DNA of 64,000 nt, taken from Mycoplasmatota bacterium. GTDB lineage: Bacteria; Bacillota_I; Bacilli_A; Izemoplasmatales; Hujiaoplasmataceae. Where the stretch lies: positions 6,073 through 70,072 of the forward strand of contig JAEIOE010000003.1 in NCBI GenBank assembly GCA_016342455.1, in the 5' to 3' direction. Each line of letters opens with the position of its first letter. Within the stretch, counting starts at the first letter, position 1. The notes under the pieces were generated by a model. That model did not search any database and was not told the origin of the DNA. It worked only from the letters and a program-made list of their open reading frames with translations. A program made the position numbers and the translations under genes. Below are positions 10,974 through 20,908 of this stretch, piece by piece.

Positions 10974-13900
10974 ATGTTTTTAGCATTAGATTTATCATCT
11001 TTGGCCGCGATTAATAATATTTTTTATGTCGTTCTTGTACTAGCTATTTTAGCTGGTTTAGCCCGTGGCTTTAAGAAAACGCTTTTCACTTTAATAACTA
11101 TGGCAATATTCTATGTTGTCTTTTTTGTAACGATCAATCAAGCAGTTGAATTCTTATGGACATTCAATATGCCTTGGTTAGGAGGGATATTATCTCAAGT
11201 GGATCCTAGCTTAGACTCATTCACAACTTTTGAGTCAAGCTTAAATCAGCTTATGCAAGTATTCCTAGGAGATACAGTGGACCTATCTACTAGTTCAGCT
11301 CAAGTGGTAGCCTTAGCTACCGGACTTATAAAGTTCGCGCTTAAAATAGTATGGACACTTGTATACTTTACAGTAATCCTAGTTATTTATAAAATACTAT
11401 GTTGGATTATTGCGGCTATTTTCTTTAAAAAACGAAAAGGTGAAAGCAAAAACCGTGGTTTAGGAGCTGTAATTGGTGTTTTAAATGGTTTAATGGCAGT
11501 CTTTGTAACACTTATCATGTTAGGTGGAATCATGTCTGTTATGGAATCAGCGGCCTCTTTACTAGAAGAAAATGAACCAGCACCATTGAATTATTTACAA
11601 GAGTTTAACCATTCAAGTATGGATAATCCATTTGATGCTTCAATTCCTGTAACGTTTTTAGCAGTAGAAGATAACCCGCTAAGTGAATATGCAGATGGCT
11701 TGAATGATGTTGTTGATGCATATAACAACAATATCTTTGTAAAACTCGCAAATAAGATTACCACAACATCAACAATTAATGAGAACATCGAAGTTCCATT
11801 ACACATTAATTTATTTGATACGGTTTTATCTTTTGACTTTAATGAAAATACGATTGGTATTCGATACGAACTTGCAGTATTTGCAGCTGCAGGAAAAGTT
11901 TTACTAGATTCTGATTACTATATTAGTCAAGAAATAACAGATATTACAGGAGATGACATTAGAGATGTATTCACTAACTTATCTGATTCTGTATTAATTA
12001 CTAGTTTATTACCAGTTGCAATAGAAGTCGCAGCTGATATGTTTGAACAAGACTTACCTATTGACTTAGATGAGTTATATGATATAAACTTTGAAGCAGA
12101 GCTAGCAAGTCTTGGATCTATTGCTGGTGCTTTATTTGATATTATCAATGGCGCTGGATTTATAGGTGGAGATGGAACTGGAACTGCAATTGATGCAGAC
12201 GCAGTAAGAGATGTATTCTTAGATATATCAGGTTCTGAAGTAATTCTTCTTTTAACAGATAATCTATTACTTCCAATGCTTGAAGATCAAGAAGGTGATT
12301 TAGCATCGATTATTACTGTTCCAGATGGATTAGATTTGGAAGCTGAATTTTTAGCTTTAGGTGAAATATTCGCTGAGATATTAGACGCTGATATTGACTT
12401 TGCTGATTTTGAAGATGCTGATGTATCTGTTTTACTAAATGCTGTTAGCCAAATTGACTTAACAGTTCTTCTAGATTCAGAATTAGTTACTGAAGCATTA
12501 ATCAATATCTTAAGTGGTACAGCAGAAATAGAAGGTCTTGATGTTTTAGAAGTTCCAACAGGTATCGTTTGGAAAGATAATGGCGGTGTTGATGGTGAAC
12601 TAAGAAAAATCTTGGTTGCGTTAAACGCTTTAACAGAAGTTGCTAGCGACGTTGATTTTGATAATCTTGATGTAACCCTATTAACAGATATGTCTGACAC
12701 AGTAATAAATGATTTCTTTAGTTCTTATGTAATAAGAGCTACGATATCAAATATAATTTTAACTACTGAACTTGGGGATATTCCTTTAGTTTTTCCTGAC
12801 GAAATATATGATTCGCAAGGATATTTTATTGAATCTGAACTAGGCAATGTAGTAAAAGCAGTTAAACTTATTTTAGGAGCTGCTGGTGAAGACTTTGATA
12901 TCATGGAAGTCTTAAATTTAACAAGTGCAGAGATTGATACTTTGTTAGGCTCAGCTATAATCTCAGCTACAGTAGGGCAGTACTTATTTGACTTAGGAAG
13001 TACAAGTCTCGTTATTCCTAACTATGTTACAGATACTATAGTTGTAGGGTCAACAACCCCAACAATTGTAATCCCTGCTGAGATTAAGAATATTTTATTG
13101 TCTTTACAAGTATTAGATATATCAGACTTAGATACCATGTCCTTTGATGCGACGATTATTAATCAATTAGAAAATACTGCAGAAGATGATATTGATGATA
13201 CAAAAGTTGCTACTTTATTAGGTTCAACTATTATTCACGCAACTATTTCAGATATGATCTTAAGCCTAGGCACAGACAATGGAGGAATACTTACTATTCC
13301 AGACATGGATGTAACTGGAGCTACATTACTATCTACTGTAGCTACATATGAATTTATTTCTGTAACTGAGATAACAAATATGTTAAAAGCACTTTACTCA
13401 ATAGATATAACTGATTTTGATGATATGGATTTTGATGATACAAGCTTACTATTAAACAACTTAAGTAATTTGACAGTGTCATCAATACTTCAAGCAACGA
13501 TTTCTGAACAAATATTAGGATTAGATGGAATCATGACGATACCTGAATTCGATGTAGATAATTCACCAATTCTTATCGCTCAAGGGTCACAAACCTATAT
13601 AGACGAAACTGAGTTAAGTAATTTAGTTGCTGTACTCGATATGTTAAATATTACAGATCCTACAGCTTTAAGTGATACGTTTAATTTGAGTAACTTTGAT
13701 ACAGAAGTAGAACAAAACACATTATTAGCTTCAGCGATTATGCATGCGACTATTTCAGATACATTGACAAGTCTTGGTGCAGGAGTATTAATCATACCTG
13801 AAACTTCAGAAACTGGACTTGTAGATATTCAAGTTGAAAGAGGTAGTTTGGGAAATGAAGTAACATATATTTATGGGTTTGAGATAAAAGCCCTAATTAA

Positions 13901-14942
13901 CGCTTTCGTTGCTATGGGCTTTAATGATCTAACTTCATTTGGCGCTGGTATCGATACAGCAGACTTCTTAGATAATGCAGCTTTAATGCTAGAATCTAGT
14001 TCTTTGCAAGCTACTATTTCAAATATTATACTTACAAGTGACGCTGTAACTGGACTTACACCTTCATTGATTATACCAGATGAAGATCAACTAGCTGTAG
14101 ATATTAGAATAGTGTTGGCAGATGTTACTTATATTTCAAAACTAGAATTAACCGCTTTTATTAATTCGATAAATACACTTGGATTGGACGATTTTGATAC
14201 CTTTAGCTTTGAAGCTTCAGCTATCTTCGCTGTTGGGGACAAAAATGCTTTATTCAATTCAAATATTATGCAAGCAACAGCTTCAAAATACATCCTTGAT
14301 GTAGCAGGTGATGAATCTGCTGGATCAGGAACTTCAGTAATATTGGTTCCAACAACTTTAAGAGAAGATATTACGGTAGCTACAGTTGCTTCAGAACAAA
14401 TAGAAAAAACAGAGTTAATTAGTATATTTAAAGCTTTAGAAACATTAGGAATGAATAATTTCAGTGATGGAATGGATGTTTCAAGTGTTCAAGGATTAAC
14501 TAGACCTGTAATGATTAATGATGTATTAGTAAGTGGTTCTTTCCATGTTACAATTGACAACATGCTAAGAGATAACCCAACATTAGGCTCTCAAATACCT
14601 AATATTGCGAAAGCAACTTATTACAGTCTATTAACAGATATCACTACAAAAGAAGAAGCAGCTGACTTAATCTTCGCGCTGAATATAATCTTAGGCGGCG
14701 GAAACTTCATGACTTCCAATATTAACGTAAATGATATCTTGAATCTTCCAGTAGGAGATAGAGATGAAGTAATTTACTCATTAACAATTAGACAATATAT
14801 TACACCAGGTCTTGAAGCAGAAGATGCATTAGATCCAGGTTATACAATTGATCCATTAACATCTTATGAAGTTACGGATCTAGTGGATCCAGTAATCTTA
14901 ACTTATGCAGCAGCAAAAGCAGCATTAGATTACTTCCATTAA
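10974..14942 (+). CDS. Paralogous acidic membrane-anchored repeat protein (1322 aa)
   Basis: AGGAGG RBS; same TM module (KNRGLGAVIGVLNG vs KNRLLGSVFGLLQG), about 10 SxIxxATIS repeats, similar C-terminal cap. Confidence 0.9.
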   Translation: MFLALDLSSLAAINNIFYVVLVLAILAGLARGFKKTLFTLITMAIFYVVFFVTINQAVEFLWTFNMPWLGGILSQVDPSLDSFTTFESSLNQLMQVFLGDTVDLSTSSAQVVALATGLIKFALKIVWTLVYFTVILVIYKILCWIIAAIFFKKRKGESKNRGLGAVIGVLNGLMAVFVTLIMLGGIMSVMESAASLLEENEPAPLNYLQEFNHSSMDNPFDASIPVTFLAVEDNPLSEYADGLNDVVDAYNNNIFVKLANKITTTSTINENIEVPLHINLFDTVLSFDFNENTIGIRYELAVFAAAGKVLLDSDYYISQEITDITGDDIRDVFTNLSDSVLITSLLPVAIEVAADMFEQDLPIDLDELYDINFEAELASLGSIAGALFDIINGAGFIGGDGTGTAIDADAVRDVFLDISGSEVILLLTDNLLLPMLEDQEGDLASIITVPDGLDLEAEFLALGEIFAEILDADIDFADFEDADVSVLLNAVSQIDLTVLLDSELVTEALINILSGTAEIEGLDVLEVPTGIVWKDNGGVDGELRKILVALNALTEVASDVDFDNLDVTLLTDMSDTVINDFFSSYVIRATISNIILTTELGDIPLVFPDEIYDSQGYFIESELGNVVKAVKLILGAAGEDFDIMEVLNLTSAEIDTLLGSAIISATVGQYLFDLGSTSLVIPNYVTDTIVVGSTTPTIVIPAEIKNILLSLQVLDISDLDTMSFDATIINQLENTAEDDIDDTKVATLLGSTIIHATISDMILSLGTDNGGILTIPDMDVTGATLLSTVATYEFISVTEITNMLKALYSIDITDFDDMDFDDTSLLLNNLSNLTVSSILQATISEQILGLDGIMTIPEFDVDNSPILIAQGSQTYIDETELSNLVAVLDMLNITDPTALSDTFNLSNFDTEVEQNTLLASAIMHATISDTLTSLGAGVLIIPETSETGLVDIQVERGSLGNEVTYIYGFEIKALINAFVAMGFNDLTSFGAGIDTADFLDNAALMLESSSLQATISNIILTSDAVTGLTPSLIIPDEDQLAVDIRIVLADVTYISKLELTAFINSINTLGLDDFDTFSFEASAIFAVGDKNALFNSNIMQATASKYILDVAGDESAGSGTSVILVPTTLREDITVATVASEQIEKTELISIFKALETLGMNNFSDGMDVSSVQGLTRPVMINDVLVSGSFHVTIDNMLRDNPTLGSQIPNIAKATYYSLLTDITTKEEAADLIFALNIILGGGNFMTSNINVNDILNLPVGDRDEVIYSLTIRQYITPGLEAEDALDPGYTIDPLTSYEVTDLVDPVILTYAAAKAALDYFH

Positions 14943-14956
14943 AATAATTTAGATTT

Positions 14957-14989
14957 AGAGGACGAATTTATTTTCGTCCTCTTTTTTTT
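14957..14989 (+). terminator. Intrinsic terminator after giant protein 2
   Basis: AGAGGACGAA/TTCGTCCTCT stem plus T8. Confidence 0.9.
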
Positions 14990-15029
14990 ATGATATAATA
15001 AAATGCTAGAGAAAAATGGAGGACAGTAT

Positions 15030-16754
15030 ATGAAAAAAACACTTTTATTTATAACAATAATTTTATTCGCAATTGTATTTGTTAGTTGTGATTTCTTAAG
15101 TACGACAACTTATTTAACAACTGCTCAAGGAACTACTTTAGAAACGAATAGTGAAGCTACAACAAACACAACTACAACGAATCAAATAACGAATACAACT
15201 ACGAGTCAAACAACTAATGCTACTACGACTCAAACTACAACACAAACGACAACTCAAGCAACGACTTCTCAAAGCACAACACAAGTTACTACCACAGAAG
15301 TTGTCTATGATAGATATCAAACAATAAATTTCTATTCTCTAAATGATTTTCATGGTGGAACTTACTCGGATATCGCCAACTTAGAGGAAATAGGAGCTTT
15401 CTTAAAAGCTGAAAAAGCAAACAGTGAAAACACAGTTATTCTTTCAAATGGAGATATTTTCCAAGGAGCTGCTTTATCTAATTACTATTATGGTAGACCA
15501 ATTGTTGATGTATTTAATAACATAGGTTTTGATGGTTTTGTTATTGGAAATCATGAGTTTGATTGGGGTATTGACAAAATAACGGAATATAATGATGGCT
15601 TAACTGAAAATGGAGAAATGGACTATCCAATTCTCGCAGCCAATATTGTTTATCAAGATACTCAAGAACAAGTAGAAAATACAGTTCCATATATTATAAA
15701 AGAAATGAGCGGGGTCAAAGTAGGAATTATCGGTTTAATTGGAGATGTTATTAACTCCATTTCTGCTTCAAGAGTAGATAATATTGAATTCTTAGATCCT
15801 GCAGATACCATTTATCAATACGCAGAAGAATTAAGAGTAGATGAAGCTTGTGATATTGTAGTAGTATATATTCACAATGGTTCAAGTATTAATAGTGAAG
15901 TCGCTAATTTTTCCGGGAATCATTATGTAGATGCTATCTTTAATGGACATACCCATCAATCAGAAACAGCTTCTGTTTCTAGAAGTAATGGAGGCCTACC
16001 ATTATATTACGCACAAGCAGGTAATAGAGAATCCTCATTATTTGTAGGTATTAGTTTGGTATATGACCATGACCAAGATATGGTCACGAATGGTTCTGTT
16101 ACTAACTATGAATTTGATGATATAGATTATCTATCTGATTCTGAAATCTTCAATATTTTAAATAGCTATATGACAGATACTATTTATACCAATTTTGTGA
16201 CAGAAGAGTTAACAGTTGCTTCCGATTATTATAGTAGATACGATCTAGTTGAATGGGGAGCTACTGTTTTAAGAGACTATGTAGGAATTGATGCAGGAGC
16301 GCTAAATAGCGGCGGATTTAGAAATGGTATTGAATCAGGCATTCTAACAATGGGAGACATGATTGAAATATATCCATTTGATAATTACATTAAAACCTGT
16401 GAAATGACTGGATATGAGTTTTCAAACTTATATGACAATTTATCCGGAGAAGATGTTTACTGGGATCAAGGCGTTTATAAAACGAATGGTACTTTATACA
16501 TTAATGGTGCAGCAGTAGTAAATGAACAAATATATGTAATTGGCGCAGTTGATTATGTCTTTGATAAAACTTATTATGATTTCTTAGATGGCAATAACGT
16601 TACACTTACTACCTATTTAATGAGAGACTTATTAATAGAAGACTTAAGAAACACAGTTGGTAACTTTAATCCAGATAATGGAACGAGCTATCAAGAATTA
16701 TTCACAGTATATGACCCGAATTATTATAGAGAATTAGAACTTTCATTAAGATAA
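15030..16754 (+). CDS. 5'-nucleotidase / bifunctional metallophosphoesterase lipoprotein with Thr/Gln-rich linker
   Basis: GGAGG RBS supports ATG 15030; lipobox FVSC; motifs NDFHG, GDIFQG, GNHEFD, GHTH; C-terminal NSGGFR/IYPFDN substrate domain. Confidence 0.9.
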   Translation: MKKTLLFITIILFAIVFVSCDFLSTTTYLTTAQGTTLETNSEATTNTTTTNQITNTTTSQTTNATTTQTTTQTTTQATTSQSTTQVTTTEVVYDRYQTINFYSLNDFHGGTYSDIANLEEIGAFLKAEKANSENTVILSNGDIFQGAALSNYYYGRPIVDVFNNIGFDGFVIGNHEFDWGIDKITEYNDGLTENGEMDYPILAANIVYQDTQEQVENTVPYIIKEMSGVKVGIIGLIGDVINSISASRVDNIEFLDPADTIYQYAEELRVDEACDIVVVYIHNGSSINSEVANFSGNHYVDAIFNGHTHQSETASVSRSNGGLPLYYAQAGNRESSLFVGISLVYDHDQDMVTNGSVTNYEFDDIDYLSDSEIFNILNSYMTDTIYTNFVTEELTVASDYYSRYDLVEWGATVLRDYVGIDAGALNSGGFRNGIESGILTMGDMIEIYPFDNYIKTCEMTGYEFSNLYDNLSGEDVYWDQGVYKTNGTLYINGAAVVNEQIYVIGAVDYVFDKTYYDFLDGNNVTLTTYLMRDLLIEDLRNTVGNFNPDNGTSYQELFTVYDPNYYRELELSLR

Positions 16755-16788
16755 GTAAAACAAAGTCAATTCAAAAAAGGAGTAACAC

Positions 16789-16992
16789 ATGGATGGTAGA
16801 AATAGAGACGATATCAAGATAGGTCAAGAGGTAGCTATTGTTGAGAAACATAATCAACGAAGTGGTGAATTAACTGAAGGCTTTGTTGCTAGAATACTAA
16901 CAAACTCAAAATTTCATCCACATGGAATTAAGGTTATGACTGAGGATGGAATTGTTGGTAGAGTAAAAAAAATTATTGATTCAAAGGATTGA
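16789..16992 (+). CDS. YwbE family (DUF2196) protein
   Basis: QRSGELTEGFVARILTNSKFHPHGIKV signature. Confidence 0.9.
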   Translation: MDGRNRDDIKIGQEVAIVEKHNQRSGELTEGFVARILTNSKFHPHGIKVMTEDGIVGRVKKIIDSKD

Positions 16993-17001
16993 ATAAAACA
17001 C

Positions 17002-17030
17002 AAAAAGGACTAAAATTAGTCCTTTTTTTT
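17002..17030. terminator. Bidirectional terminator between ywbE-like gene and hydrogenase
   Basis: AAAAAGGACTAA/TTAGTCCTTTTT. Confidence 0.85.
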
Positions 17031-17060
17031 ATGTGGATATTAAATTATATATCATAAAAT

Positions 17061-18569
17061 CTAATCTAAATCTTGTAGTAGATGTAGTTTATCTGCGTAT
17101 ATTGATTCATCGGATAACTTTAATTTAGAAGTTTTGGCCGCTACCGTTACTAATGCACTAGAAACTGTAGGTTTTGCTAAGCAACCAGCTCCAGCGATAC
17201 AACCACCAGGGCAGGCCATACCTTCTAATAGGTAACCATTAAACTTGCCTTTCTTAGCTCCCTCCATCATCTGAACACATTCTCTAAGTCCATCAGCTTT
17301 AAAGGTTTTCACTTCAATACCTGGTTCTATCTTTTCAATCAAATCAACGACAGCCTTAGCAACGCCACCAGTAACTGCAAAGCCTCTACCTGAACCGGTA
17401 GCTTCTTCATTTTGGCTTTTGTCCGTACCAACTACTTTAACTTCTCTTGCATCTAACATACCAGAAAGTTCTTCAAAGGTAATTACAAAATCTACTTCAC
17501 TTTTCACAGTTCTTCTTGAAGCTTCTAACTTTTTAGCGGAACAGGGACCAATAAATACAATCTTGGCAAATTTATTTGTTTCTCTTACCAATCTGGCAGT
17601 AAATACCATAGGGGTTAAAGCCATTGAGATATTATCTTTATAGTCAGGATAATTTGTCTTCGCCATAATAGACCATGATGGGCAACAAGAAGTAGCTAAA
17701 AAGTCTAAGTCATTTGGAACTTTCTCTAAGAAATCATTCGCTTCTTCAATAGTACAGATATCTGCGCCTATCGCAACTTCAATACAATCTTTAAAGCCAA
17801 GTTCTATTAAGGCTCTCTTGAAATCATTGAATCCGACATTCTTTCCAAACTGTCCCAGAAAAGAAGGAGCGACACAGGCAATAATATCTTCTGAATTATT
17901 CATTGCCATGATCAATTGATAGATTTGAGACTTATCAGATATGGCTCCAAAAGGACAGTTGACAAGGCACATGCCACAAGAGACACATTTGTCGTAGTCA
18001 ATTTCAGCTCTACCGAACTCATCCGAACCAATTGCATCTACACCACAGGCTTTTGCACAAGGCCTCTCATGATGGATAATCGCTGTATAAGGACATGCTT
18101 TAGCGCATAAGCCGCACTTGATACACTTGTCCTGATCAATAACCGAACGACCATTAACCATGCTAACAGCTTTAGTAGGACAGACTTCAACACAAGGGTG
18201 TGCTAAGCAACCTCTACACATATTCGTAACTTCATAACTATTAGTTGGACAGGCATTACAAGCAAATTTAATAATATTAATCAATTGAGGTTCATAATAC
18301 TTTTCCGGAATATTTGCTAATTCAATTCCTTCAGTAATTGGTCTTCTTTTATCGTTAGGTCTTAAGTTTAGACCCATTGCTAAACGAATTCTTTCTCCAA
18401 CAATTGCTCTTTCTAAAAATGCACTCTCTCTATAGGTTGCGATATCTCCTTCAATGATTTCATAAGGAATATCACCAATACAATCTAAACACTCATCGAA
18501 AGCCATCTTACTAACTGCTGTAAATACTTTATGTCTTATATTAGCTAAACTCTTTTACTCGTATTTCAT
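17061..18569 (-). CDS. Monomeric [FeFe]-hydrogenase (group B-like, ferredoxin-type Fe-S domains); RBS-linked start at 18569 is interrupted by TAA at codon 5
   Basis: H-cluster motifs TSCCPSW, GPCSAKKLE, EGMACPGGCIAG; CxxCxxCxxxC clusters; AGGAGG-ATG AAA TAC GAG TAA in frame with ATG 18506. Confidence 0.85.
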
Positions 18570-18689
18570 ATATGCCTCCTAATAGTCTTAATCTTCGATA
18601 TTATTATATCATATATATGAAATGTTTTAGGAAAGCCAAAGAGAAATCGCTATATAAAAAAAGCATATCCGTAGATATGCTTTAAAGGT

Positions 18690-19268
18690 TTATGCTAATG
18701 GGTTTATATTATAATCTATTACTTCAATTAAACCATCGTTAATAACAATATGATTTAAAGAACAATTATGTAAGTAACTCTCCCAGGTAAAATCTGGAAC
18801 TAATTTAGTTAGTAATGATTTAATCACATGAGAATGTGTAACGATAAGTAGTTTCTTATCAGGATACTTCTTACAGATATCCTTTAATGCTTCTAAAACT
18901 CTCTCTTCTAATACTTCAGAAGTTTCCATATTAGGAACTAATCCTCTTTTAACTAGATAGTAGTAATCATCGTTGATCTCTTTACCATCATAATCGCCAA
19001 AGTTTCTTTCGATTAATCCCTTATCCAATACAATAGGTCTTCTTCTATGACGCATTCCCTTATTTACAAGCTCTGCAGTTTTAAAAGCTCGTTTTAAAGG
19101 AGAAGCAATTACCATATCAAATTCTACCTTTTCATTTAGTAGGTATTGACCGGTAGCGAAAGCTTGGTCCATACCTTCTTTATTCAAAGGGTTATCCATT
19201 CTTCCTTGTACTATGTAATTTTTATTTGCGTTTGTTAAACCATGTCTCATTAATATTATATCATTCAT
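18690..19268 (-). CDS. Histidine phosphatase (phosphoglycerate mutase superfamily)
   Basis: RHG motif, SPLKRA, ERNFG, VTHSHVI. Confidence 0.9.
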   Translation of the reverse strand: MNDIILMRHGLTNANKNYIVQGRMDNPLNKEGMDQAFATGQYLLNEKVEFDMVIASPLKRAFKTAELVNKGMRHRRRPIVLDKGLIERNFGDYDGKEINDDYYYLVKRGLVPNMETSEVLEERVLEALKDICKKYPDKKLLIVTHSHVIKSLLTKLVPDFTWESYLHNCSLNHIVINDGLIEVIDYNINPLA

Positions 19269-19356
19269 ATCATCACCGTATGCTATTATAACAAATTTTT
19301 GAGTTTTTTAAATATAAAAAAAAATTGTAAGTGGTTTCATTTAGAAGTATTTATGG

Positions 19357-19385
19357 TTTACAAGAGCCAAATATCGTTGTATAAT
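19357..19385 (+). promoter_or_regulatory. Sigma70-type promoter of pdp
   Basis: TTTACA-17 bp-TATAAT. Confidence 0.7.
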
Positions 19386-19412
19386 ACTATTACTAGAAAA
19401 GAGGTAATAATT

Positions 19413-20708
19413 ATGAGAATGGTAGATATTATCGAGAAAAAACGTATGGGGGAAGTAAATACCCAAGCAGAAATCGATTTTTTAATAAACGGATACGTTG
19501 CAGGAGATATTCCTGATTATCAAATAAGTTCATGGCTAATGGCTGTATTCTTTCAAGGGATGACTGAAGAAGAGGCATATCATTTAACAATAGCAATGCT
19601 TCACAGTGGAGACATTATTGATTTAAGTCAAATAGCTGGAGTGAAGGTAGATAAACATTCCACTGGTGGCGTTGGAGATAAAACGACACTTGTTTTGGGA
19701 CCAATCGTAGCTTCAGTAGGCGCGAAACTTGCGAAGCTTTCAGGTAGAGGATTAGGACATACTGGTGGTACGCTTGATAAAATGGAATCTATTGATGGTT
19801 TAAGCTTTGCTTTACCAGAAGATAAATTCATCAAACAAGTAAATGATATTAATATGGCAGTTGCTGGTCAAACTAAAAAAATAGTTCCAGCTGATAAATT
19901 GTTATATGCCTTGAGAGATGTAACAGGTACAGTACCTTCAAAACCATTAATCGCATCTTCTATTATGTCTAAAAAACTAGCAAGTGGTGCGGATGTTATC
20001 TGTTTAGATGTAAAAATAGGCGATGGTGCTTTTATGAAGACAATTGAAGAAGCAGTAGACCTATCAAAACTAATGGTTTCAATAGGGTCTCAATCAGGTA
20101 AGAAAGTAACTGCTTTTATCACAAACATGGATCAACCATTAGGAATGACTATTGGTAATCGTTTAGAAATAAAAGAAGTAATAGAAACGTTATCTGGTAA
20201 TGGGCCAAATGATTTAGAAACACTATGCTTAGATATCGCTTCTTATATGATTTTCTATGCTAAAAAAGCTGATTCAGTAGAAAGCGCTAGAATTTTAGCG
20301 AAAGAACAAATCACGAACGGAAAAGCATTGGCTAAATTCTATGAATTCATTGAAGCACAAGGCGGTAAAATTGGTGATTTAGACAAGTTTATCACCGTCA
20401 AAGAGATTATCCCTTATTATGCTAAAAAAACAGGATACATTAAAAGAATCAAAGCCTTAAATATTGGCCTTGTTTCTATGAAACTTGGTGGCGGTAGAGA
20501 AACAAAAGAACAAGACATTGATCCAAACGTTGGTGTTGTACTGCATAAGAAAGTTAGTGACTATGTTAAAAAAGGTGACTTACTATGTGAATTGTATTGC
20601 AACAAAGCAATTGGTTCGGACATCGTTCCAATGCTAGATGATGCTTATGAATTAGTAACTGAAGTAGTTAAGAAACCAGATACTATCTTAGAAATAATTA
20701 CTAAATAA
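19413..20708 (+). CDS. pdp: Pyrimidine-nucleoside phosphorylase
   Basis: DKHSTGGVGDK, SGRGLGHTGGTLDKME, SIMSKKLA; GAGGT RBS supports ATG 19413 rather than the ORF-track start. Confidence 0.95.
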   Translation: MRMVDIIEKKRMGEVNTQAEIDFLINGYVAGDIPDYQISSWLMAVFFQGMTEEEAYHLTIAMLHSGDIIDLSQIAGVKVDKHSTGGVGDKTTLVLGPIVASVGAKLAKLSGRGLGHTGGTLDKMESIDGLSFALPEDKFIKQVNDINMAVAGQTKKIVPADKLLYALRDVTGTVPSKPLIASSIMSKKLASGADVICLDVKIGDGAFMKTIEEAVDLSKLMVSIGSQSGKKVTAFITNMDQPLGMTIGNRLEIKEVIETLSGNGPNDLETLCLDIASYMIFYAKKADSVESARILAKEQITNGKALAKFYEFIEAQGGKIGDLDKFITVKEIIPYYAKKTGYIKRIKALNIGLVSMKLGGGRETKEQDIDPNVGVVLHKKVSDYVKKGDLLCELYCNKAIGSDIVPMLDDAYELVTEVVKKPDTILEIITK

Positions 20709-20751
20709 TATTCTTAGTAAATAACGAAGACTTATGTTATAATAAAGAAGA

Positions 20752-20845
20752 AATAAGGGGAGCTGAGAAGACTTGGCTGAGAGTACAACTAATCTGTTGT
20801 AGACCACACCTGATCCAGATAATGCTGGCGTAGGAGAAATATTCT
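20752..20845 (+). ncRNA. TPP riboswitch aptamer
   Basis: GGGG...GCTGAGA...ACCTGATCCAGATAATGCTGGCGTAGGA core upstream of a thiamine S-component. Confidence 0.92.
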
Positions 20846-20854
20846 ACTATTTAG

Positions 20855-20879
20855 GTCCCTTATTATTTAAGGGACTTTT
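20855..20879 (+). terminator. TPP riboswitch expression-platform terminator
   Basis: GTCCCTTA/TAAGGGAC plus TTTT; left arm is complementary to AATAAGGG at the aptamer 5' end. Confidence 0.8.
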
Positions 20880-20908
20880 AATTTGTCCCAAATAATCGAA
20901 GGAGAATC

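Noticed and set aside
3338-13795. Many antisense ORFs (60-160 aa) inside the two giant genes, some repeating each other (e.g. 5897-6292 and 6449-6928)
   Set aside because: Shadow frames produced by the codon bias and repeats of the sense genes; no RBS or family motifs.
15120-15300. Repetitive ACA/ACT/CAA tract
   Set aside because: Encodes the Thr/Gln linker of the nucleotidase; not a CRISPR array or DNA-level repeat element.
16990-18557. Alternative genetic code or general stop read-through to explain the hydrogenase TAA
   Set aside because: TAA ends many genes here, TGA ends ywbE-like, rsmD and XRE genes, and Trp is TGG, so standard code 11 applies.
19299-19412. ORF-track N-terminal extensions of pdp (also nadA 30787, rplU 41633, galK 40801, nucleotidase 15003)
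   Set aside because: They run through promoter or RBS DNA; downstream ATGs have proper RBSs and match family starts.
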